From positions 4,030,001 to 4,094,000 of the forward strand of contig OZ251224.1 in assembly GCA_965240325.2 (NCBI GenBank): a DNA stretch of 64,000 nucleotides, in the 5' to 3' direction. Both the position numbers and the translations under genes were made by a program. This document shows positions 56,114-64,000 of the stretch, one piece after another. Within the stretch, counting starts at the first letter, position 1, and the number at the start of each line of letters is the position of its first letter. The DNA comes from Rebecca billardiae RCC1528 (lineage: Eukaryota > Protista > Haptophyta). The notes beneath the pieces were generated by a model. The model was not told the origin of the DNA. It was given only the letters and a program-made list of their open reading frames with translations, and ran no database searches.

Positions 56114-57613
56114 ATGGCGCTCTTCATCACACGCAGGCCTGTAGCACTTCTGTCCGCGTGGGCTCACCTGGTGCTCGGCCTGCTGCTCGCATTCGATGCA
56201 GCCGATGCAGCCGATGCGACAGCTCATGGGGTGCATAGTGTGGGCAGCCTCTGGCCAGCTTGTTCGGCGCGCTGGGCCCAGGGCATGCCAGAGTACCCTC
56301 TGACGGGGCTTAGCGAGCAAGAGCTGTGGCGAGTCAAGCAGTACGTCGGCCCCTCACTGGCGGCCACAGTCGATGGCGCCGTCGCGAACGCTATTGCAGA
56401 GCGTGATTCCGAAACAGGGGAAGCCGAGCACTCCATCGCGCTGACAGTGCAAGGGCTAGGTGAAGGACGCGCCACCGTGGTGAGCGGAAGCGCCTGCAAG
56501 CCCTCGTCCTACACGTACGCGCACAGGGCTCTTACGCTTGCAGAGATGAAGGCATGTCTGGCAGCCAGCACGAATTCGACAGCACGCGGCGGCGCACGGC
56601 ACCTTGCTGACCTAGTGTGCTTTCTGGAGGCGTACGTGGCAGCACTGAGCAGTGGCAGCAGGGCAGGCGTGCACGTTGCAGCAGAGCGTGATTGGCTATG
56701 GTGGTTCATCTTCGGTGACGTGGTGCTGGGCAGCGCTGCGGCAGCCATGCCTGTTCTGACTAAGGCACGACTGGTAGGAGGCGGCGGTGTGTTGGTACCT
56801 ATCAAACACACTGTCCACAGTCGTGACCTGCGCGTTGTGCTGGATCTGGAGAAGCTCGATCCACTGCCCTTCCACCAACGCAAGCGGTGCGCCCCTTGGA
56901 GAGGCGCCACCAGTGGGCGCATTGAGTCCAGACTCAGTGCTGAGGAGGAGTGCAGCAAGCTGGCCCTTCGTGCGCAAGCAAGTGCTGGTCACCTGAGTGC
57001 ATCCTCAAACTCTACCTGCTCAAGCCTGCCTAGAGCGGAGCGGCTTGCCCTGGTGCGCACATGGTGGGGCGTGCCCAGATCGCGGAGGACAGGTGGGGTC
57101 CAAATTGATGTGGGCTTCGCTCAACCCAGAACAATCGATGATGCACGCCTGGCCGACTTCCAGAAGGACAGGCTCCCAGTGAAGGAGTTGCGCCAGTGCA
57201 GGTACTTGCTGTCTGCACAGGGCAATGATGTGGCCACAGGGCTTTCGTGGATGCTGCTGAGTGGGAGCGTGGTGCTGATGCCACCACCCACGAAAGAGAC
57301 ATGGGCGCTGCAGGGAAAGCTCGTGCCATGGGTGCACTTTGTGCCAGTCCAGCCTAGCTGGGCAGACCTTGGGGACAAGCTGGCTTGGTGTGAAGACCAC
57401 TTGGAACAGGCCGAAAACATCACGCGCAATGCCAGGTCACACGTCTTGAGGGTGTTTGACAACTCTGCTGCATCCGAAAGGAGGGTAGTAGTGGCTGTAC
57501 TGCACCTTGTCCGCAAGGCACTGGGCAAGGTGGACCCTGATCTCGCCCTGAGGTGGGTGACCAAGCCCCGCCCGCGGGGAATCGGCCCGCGCACAGGGTC
57601 AGGGGTGGTGTGA
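56114..57613 (+). CDS. Glycosyltransferase family 90 (CAP10/POGLUT/KDELC-like)
   Basis: WRGATSG, RYLLSAQGNDVATGLSWMLLSGSVVLM and LVPWVHFVPV...DL. Signal-like N-terminus. Alternative ATG at 55934. Confidence 0.87.
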   Translation: MALFITRRPVALLSAWAHLVLGLLLAFDAADAADATAHGVHSVGSLWPACSARWAQGMPEYPLTGLSEQELWRVKQYVGPSLAATVDGAVANAIAERDSETGEAEHSIALTVQGLGEGRATVVSGSACKPSSYTYAHRALTLAEMKACLAASTNSTARGGARHLADLVCFLEAYVAALSSGSRAGVHVAAERDWLWWFIFGDVVLGSAAAAMPVLTKARLVGGGGVLVPIKHTVHSRDLRVVLDLEKLDPLPFHQRKRCAPWRGATSGRIESRLSAEEECSKLALRAQASAGHLSASSNSTCSSLPRAERLALVRTWWGVPRSRRTGGVQIDVGFAQPRTIDDARLADFQKDRLPVKELRQCRYLLSAQGNDVATGLSWMLLSGSVVLMPPPTKETWALQGKLVPWVHFVPVQPSWADLGDKLAWCEDHLEQAENITRNARSHVLRVFDNSAASERRVVVAVLHLVRKALGKVDPDLALRWVTKPRPRGIGPRTGSGVV

Positions 57614-58754
57614 GGAGTGCCTGCGCGCGTATCCTGCGCGCGGCATGCAGGATACGCGACTGCAACCAACCGACATGCGCCATCATCATGCGGCCTGCGT
57701 AGCTCATCTTGATGACTTCCAACGGTAGCAGTCGGCGCTTCAGCCGTCGCCGTCGCCGTTGTGCTTGCCGCCGCCGGCCGGCGGCCGGCTGCCAGCGCCA
57801 TCGTCGGGACTGCTGCTACTTCAGCGGCCACGTGAGCCGCATCGCGTCCCATGCCGCTGCACGCGCCGCCTCAAGCTGTGACCGCGCTCGCCGAGCCTGC
57901 CACTCGGGTTCCAGCAGCAGCAGGAAGCGTCGCCTGCGGCCTGCTTGCTGGCTCGTCGAGGCGCGCGCGGCGCACCGCCCGCCGGTCGGTGCGTTGTGTC
58001 CCAGCTGGCAGTACGCCTTGGACTTCCTCCTCCACGGGCCAATCAGCCTGCGTTGACGAGTGCGATTGGCGCACGGTCAGCCACCTGCACACGGTTGGCC
58101 ACAGGGCAGTCTGCTGTTGGAGTGATGACAATCGCAAAAAGGCACGCGCCATCAGTGTTGCACGAGCGAGAGCGACGCGCGTTGGTTGATCGCCACGGTG
58201 TGAATGACAGTCGATGGCAGGCAGTGAGGGGGACGCGCGTCGCGTTGGCCAAGCTCCTTGAGGCCGTTGAAGAGCACACGCCCATCGTGCACGTTCGACT
58301 CCCGCGAATCGGGGCGCGGCACCTCACACTCACCCCGCTGCCACGCATGCACCTGCATGCGCTGCCGTCGCAATGTCATGGACTGCGCGCTTGACTTTTT
58401 CAGAGTCGAAGTGAGCGCGGAGCAACGCTGATCAAGTAGAAGCCGCGACGGGTTCTCGCCCGTCTCCGCGTAGACGGGCGAGTAGCCCGAGGTGCACGCG
58501 CGTGTTGCACTGCGCGCGCATGCGGCAGTGTTTGTGCAGATTCCGGTCCACGGTTCAGCTCGTCGTTCGACTTGAGGACGTCGAGGAACACGGCGCTACC
58601 CCGGCAGAGATCGTCGTCGTTGAACGTCACTCTTCTGGCCTGGGATCAGCTAGGCCTGCTCAAGGGCACGCCGCGCACGCCGGCGGCGCGTGGGCGCAAG
58701 CGCCATCATCAGCGCGTGGGCGATCGCGGCAACAAACCTGAATCAAAGATGCGC

Positions 58755-58989
58755 AAACGGCAACACAACTGACCCACACTACGCGACGGCAATACAGCTG
58801 AACAAAGTATTGGGCCATTGTCATCCACGGCAATACACCTGACACAAGTATTCGACGTTGATGGCAACAAGATTGACACGTGATTCCCAAACATGGAAAA
58901 CGGCAATACGCCTGACCACGGTAGTCAAAACGTGCGTTTGGCAATACACCTGACCACACTTTCCAAAACGGCAATACAGCTGGCCGGTA
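58755..58989. repeat. Seven spaced copies of the motif CGGCAATACAsCTGAC; probable transposon subterminal array
   Basis: Motif starts at about 58758, 58787, 58828, 58862, 58901, 58939 and 58969. Confidence 0.75.
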
Positions 58990-60036
58990 CATTATCTCAT
59001 CATCATATATATATATATATATAACACTACTAGCAGAGTCTGCTAGCGCCGACTAAGCTACTGATGGCCCGCGGTGCAGGCGGAGCGCGCAGCGTGGAGC
59101 CCGCACCAGCGGGCCCGAACCACGTTTCAAAAAGATCTTTGATCAAGAAAAAAGGGACGGGGGGCGATTTTTAGGGCTGGCGGAGACCGAGTTTCGAGTT
59201 TTTGAGATCGCATAGAGAGGTCTATTAGGCCGAAAATAACCGCGCCCAGCTGATTCCCATAAGTAAAGTGCGATCTGGACGTCAGCTGGACGTGACATTA
59301 ACGTAACGGTTCGTTACGAGCGCGAGTTTAAGTATGAGAACCGCCAACCGATAAAAACGGCAAGGCAAGGGATAGGCTTCGCGAAGGCAGAGGAGCCGCG
59401 AACATCTGAGTCATCTCAATATTATCTCGGTACGAGCGATCTTTCCGTCTCGGCGGGTCGAATAATAATTGGCGGGAAGGCCATATTCAATAGCAGTGCT
59501 CCGTTAAGGAGGAATCGAGCCGCGGGTCGTAAGTACGTCATTATTGAGTGATTGAATCGCATCTCATCAATGCTATCATACTGTAGTATGATCATGAGCC
59601 GCTAGAAGATAGAAATACCGCGCTTCAGGTAGTACCTGCTCATTCAGATTCGCGTGCGCGCAAACTACGCGCATCAATATGATAACCAGTTGGGAACGGG
59701 GCGAGCCCTCGTCGCCCTCGATCGACCGCCATCGGTGTGGACGACCGCGCGGAGCGCGCGCCGCGCGCGCGCCGCCCGCGCGGCCGCGGGCGCCTCCCGC
59801 GCGGGTGGCGCACGCACGCCCGCGCGCCCGCCCGCGCGCGCGGCCGCGTTTGCGGGCGCGCGCGGATTTTCGAAGGCTTCTGTCTGTCGGGCGTTGCGTC
59901 CGACTCGTGCGCCATGTCGTGCCATGTCGTGGCGTGCGCATGTGCGCACTCTCGGTGGGGTGGTGCGCGGGCGGCGGCGCTCTCCTGAATTCTACCCCGC
60001 GCCCGTTTCGCTGTGCGTGCGCGCTGCGTCGCGCAG

Positions 60037-60819
60037 GCACGCGAGAGTACCTGCGGCTCCCGCGCGGCCGACGTGGACGGTTGCCCCGGCGCGCCGCTCC
60101 AGCACGCGCTCGCGTGTCTGCGTGGACTGGGTTATAGCGCGCGTGCCGCGCCTTCTTTTCTCGGTGCAGGCGCGCTGGCTGCAGGCCTTGGCCATCGACT
60201 ACGCGGCGCGCACCCTAGCACTCCCTAGCAGCCAGCCGCGACGAGTCCGAGTCTGCGCGCGCAGATGGGCGGCGGCGCGCAGGCCGTGCGCGCGCAGATA
60301 CACGAGCACGTGCGCGTGAAGGCGCTGGGCGCCGAGCTGGCAAAGCGCGACGCCGAGCTCGACGCGTGCGCGCAGAGGCGCTGGGCGCCGAGCTGGCGAA
60401 GCGAGACGCCGAGCTCGACGCGCTGCGTCACGCGGCACGGATGCGCTGGGCGCGCGCGCTGCCCTTGTCCACGCCCTGCAGCAGCTCGAGCAGGTGTGGA
60501 CGGCCCTCGAAGCTACGGTGGGCGAGCGCGCGCCGCTCAGCCTGCCGCTGGCCGCCGCCATCCTCGAGGCCGACGCGGCGGAGCAGGCGGCGGGCGAGCA
60601 CGGCGGCGCGGTGCGGAGCAGGGCACGCGTGCGCCTGGCGGCGGGCGCGACACGCCACTCGCTTCGTCCCACCCCGAGCTCCGCTCGGTCTGCGCGTGGC
60701 TGCGCAGCGTGGGCGGGCAGCAGTGGCGCGCGCTCTCGCTATGCCGGCCCGAGGCGCGCCGGCTGAGCGACCAGCGGCCCTTCGTCGAGCGCATGGCGCA
60801 GCGCGAGCACCTCAAGCAG
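60037..60819 (+). pseudogene. Possible degraded gene with HMG-box-like segment
   Basis: Coding-like codons with frameshifts, an internal about 56-bp duplication (about 60319-60422), and the segment VGGQQWRALS...QRPFVERMAQREH before a GT intron start. Confidence 0.3.
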
Positions 60820-61340
60820 GTGCGCGCGCGCGCGCGCACGCGCCGGCCCGCGCCGCGCGGCGCCTCTCGCCCTGCACGCGCGCCGCCCCGCTTCCCCGCG
60901 CGGCCCGTCCGCGCCTCTCGCCCTGCGCGCGCGCCGCCCCGCTTCCCCGCGCGGCCCGTCCGCTGGTGTCCCGTGCCACCCTTGGCCGTCGGCGCGCCCA
61001 TTCACGCGCCGCGAGTCCGACGGACGGGTCTGACTCTCACTCACTCTCCGAGACGGTGCGGCTCGGCCTCGGTCTGACTGCCAGGCAGACGCCAGACCGT
61101 GCGGATTGACGACGTCACGGTCTCATTCTCAACCACTGCGCCGCGGGCCCCCAACTGCGTTGGTTCTACGGAAAAGGACCGCGGAACGCGGTCATATGCT
61201 ATATATATATATCGCCGAATCAGACATACGGAACTGCCAGCAGCCTTCGAGCACTGGCTCTCTAGCGGCGCTCGTCGTCCGGTCTGTCTCACTCTCCGTT
61301 GAGACCGTTCGTCATCATCGATATACTACAGTATCAACTA

Positions 61341-61343
<3 letters not shown>

Positions 61344-61405
<62 letters not shown>
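61344..61405. repeat. (TA)n microsatellite
   Basis: Seen directly in the sequence. Confidence 0.98.
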
Positions 61406-61407
<2 letters not shown>

Positions 61408-61574
61408 TCAGCGCAATATAATAAGCAGTATCATCATCAGCGCGCGCAGTCGTCATCAGCACATCCGCTTGACATAAGGCACATAAGCCACGCACGACGT
61501 AAGCGTATATATTACAATAAGCTGCCATCACGACTACGGCGCATCAGCCACAGCTGCCACAAGCGCTATATATA

Positions 61575-63943
61575 CTATCCCGGTGGCGGCGGCGCCGCCG
61601 CCGCGTCGGCGGCTGTGGTGGCTGCATCCTCCGTCGCGCCGGCGCCGCCCAGCCCGACCGCGGCCTCGAACGCGCGCGCAAAGCTGGCGGCGGTCACGCC
61701 GCCCACGTACGCGGCGCGCGCCAGCTTGCCCGCGCCGCGCGCGGGTGTGTACTTGTCCAGGGCGCGCGCGTCGGCCGCGGCCTCGCCGAGCGCGGACACG
61801 TCCGGCTCGGGTCGGCGGCGCGCCGGTCCGTCCCACTCGCCCGCGGCCGCGCGCACGCCGTCGATGAGCGCGACGTCGATCGAGGCGCCCTCGACCACGC
61901 GCACGCGCCGCTCGGCGCGCGCGCGGGCGAGCGCCGCCGCCGCGCCCTCGGCGCCCACCTGCGCGAGCAGCGCGGCCGACGGCGCGCCCCCGGTGGTCGT
62001 CTGCCAGAGGGGCAACCGGAAGACACCTCCGCGCACGTAGCCGGGCGCACCGAAGATCGGGAGCAGCGCGAAGCCCTGGGGGACGGCGCGCGCGCCCGGC
62101 GCCGCCGGCTTGGGCAGCGCGCGCACGTCGATCACGAGCGCGAGGTGGGCCGGCGCGCCGCCGCCCTCGCCGCCCGCGTCGCCCGCGCCCGGCGGCGGCA
62201 GCGCGTCGCGAGCGAACACGCGCGCGTGGCCAGGCCAGGCTGGCGCGCGCAGCTCTGAGGCGTCGTCGGGCGCGCCGGCGATGTGCGCGCCCGCGTGCGC
62301 CTCGGCTGCGGGCGGCGTGCGGTACAGGTGGGCCGGGGGGCTCAGGCTCGCGACGGCGCTGCTGAGGGCGACCTGCGCGGCGCGGCGGCGGCGCGGGGCG
62401 GCACGGCGCGCGCGCACGCGCCGGCGCGCGCGGGCGGGCGTCAACGCGGCGGCGCGGCGCGGCGCGCGGCGCGTGTCGCGCGTGTCGCGCGAGGCGGTGC
62501 GCACGTTTGGCAGGTTGTGCGCACGCAGCAGCGCGACGGAGAAGCCCTGGCTGCGGTGGAAGGGCAGGCCGCGCCACACGGGCAGTGGCGGCGGCGGCCG
62601 CGGACCTCCAAGCGCCTTCTCGTAGCCCGCCGCCGCCCACGCCTCGAGATCGGCGTCGGCGGTGTCGTCGGCGTCGGCGGGTCCGTCGGCGTCGTCGGCG
62701 TCCGCGGCGACGACGGCGTCACCGGCTGCGGTGGAGGCGGTGGCGGCGGCGCTGAGCCGCGCGCGCAGCGCAAGCAGCCGCGCGCGCACCGTCTCCGCCG
62801 CACGCGCCGCGCGCCGCGCGCGCGCCCTCTGCCGCAGCACCTCCGCCTCCGCACCCGTCGGCCGTGCACCCTCGCCATCGTAAGCTCCGCTCGAGTAGGG
62901 CGGGGGCGCGGCGCGCGCGCGCACGCGCTCGCGCTCGGCTGCGGAGGCGGGGTCGGCGGCGCTCTCCTCGGCGGCGCTGGGCGGCAGCAGCCGCAGCCCG
63001 TCGCCGGAGCGCAGCGCGGGCAGCACGCGCACGAGGACAGAGCAGCACGGCAGCGGCGCCAGGCCCGGCGGCACGCCGCCGCCCGCCGCGGCCGCGCCGC
63101 CGCCGGCCGCGGGCGCGCCGCCGCCGCCCGCCGCCGCCGAGCTCGCGGCCGACTCGGCCGCGCCCACGCGCAGCTGCACGGCGCCCAGGTTGGCGGCGAA
63201 GACGCGCGCGCCCGCGTGCGCGCCCACGCGCGCGCCGCCGCCGCCGCCCGCCTCCGCGCGCTCGACGAACAGAGGCATGGCGGCCGCGCCCAGCACGCGC
63301 ACCGCGACCGCCGCGTCCGCGCCGCGCCGGCCCGGCCCGCCGCGCGCGTCCAAGTCCAGGGTGAGCAGTGTGAGCTCGAGGGTGCTGCTCGGGTCGACGA
63401 CGGCGTCGCGCAGCGCGGCGCGTACGCGCAGCGCGGGCGCGCGCGCGTCCGCGCCCAGCGCCGCCGAGCCCGCGCGCACCGTCCGCCCGCCGCCGAGGTT
63501 GAGCGCGGCGCCGCCGGCCGTGCGCACGCGCATCTGCAGCCGCAGCCCGGCCGCGTTGTCTGGCACGCCCAACACGCCGTCGACGAGGATGTCGAGGCCG
63601 TCGCCCGGGCTGAACGGCGTGCGCGGCGCGGGGCGCGGCGTGCCGGGGCACCACAGCTGCGCGGGCACCCCGCTGAGCAGCGCGCCGGCGCCCGCGGAGC
63701 CACCGGCTGCGCCGAGCTCGGCGCCGGCCGCGGCCGCGGCGTCGTCAGATGCGAGCGCAGTTGCTGCGCCGCTGCCGCCGAGCGGCGGCGGCGCCGCCGC
63801 CTTCGTCGCCGCCTCGCCCCACGACACGATGCGCCGGCCGCCGCGCGCGCCGCCGCGCGCGCGCAGCCGCACGCGCAGCTGCGGCCGCGCCGCCGCCGCG
63901 CCCTCCGCCGCCGCCGCCGCCGCATCGTCATCGCCGCCGCCGC

Positions 63944-63998
<55 letters not shown>

Positions 63999-64000
63999 CG
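61575..64000 (-). CDS. Uncharacterised protein with C2-like beta domains (5' end outside the window); in-frame intron 62373-62504
   Basis: PFSPGDGLDILVDGVLGVPDN and GFSVALLRAHNLP...LVIDVR...GFALLPIF...GVFRLPLW. The frame stays open to the window edge (poly-Asp). Confidence 0.6.

Noticed and set aside
58755-58989. Spaced motif array as a mini-CRISPR
   Set aside because: The repeats are only about 16 bp and degenerate, the spacing is irregular, and no cas genes are present.

Overview
This is very GC-rich eukaryotic nuclear DNA with short spliceosomal introns rich in (CG)n/GCGC and tightly packed, often divergent genes. The style suggests a haptophyte-type alga such as Pavlovophyceae, but that is inference only. 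Host genes: FKBP12, a ZSWIM2-like E3 ligase, three glycosyltransferases (GT-A fold, GT61, GT90), a Sel1-repeat/MYND protein, an Atg14/UVRAG-like protein, TerC, an M16 peptidase, a GAF protein, a FAM50/XAP5 N-terminal protein, a class 3 lipase, a DEK-HMG protein, an ENT transporter, TBP, tRNA-Thr(CGU), a lipoxygenase and a partial C2-like protein. Mobile DNA is abundant: two non-autonomous hAT copies (8-bp TSD, BED finger), a CACAGTG-ended CMC/Transib-like element, a Helentron/HINE-like element, and two about 1.06-kb foldback elements with GAGGCC termini and apparent 5-bp TSDs. The best candidate for a new system is a 3.5-kb quasi-palindromic element at about 48612-52126. Its only gene is an intronless giant-virus-type AEP primase-polymerase with a PrimPol/UL52 zinc finger. 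The gene is flanked by long inverted arms carrying iteron-like TGTTAC arrays, and no transposase or integrase is present. The 3.3-kb duplication across the 100-N gap is probably an assembly artefact. All family assignments come from motif recognition by eye; no database searches were run.
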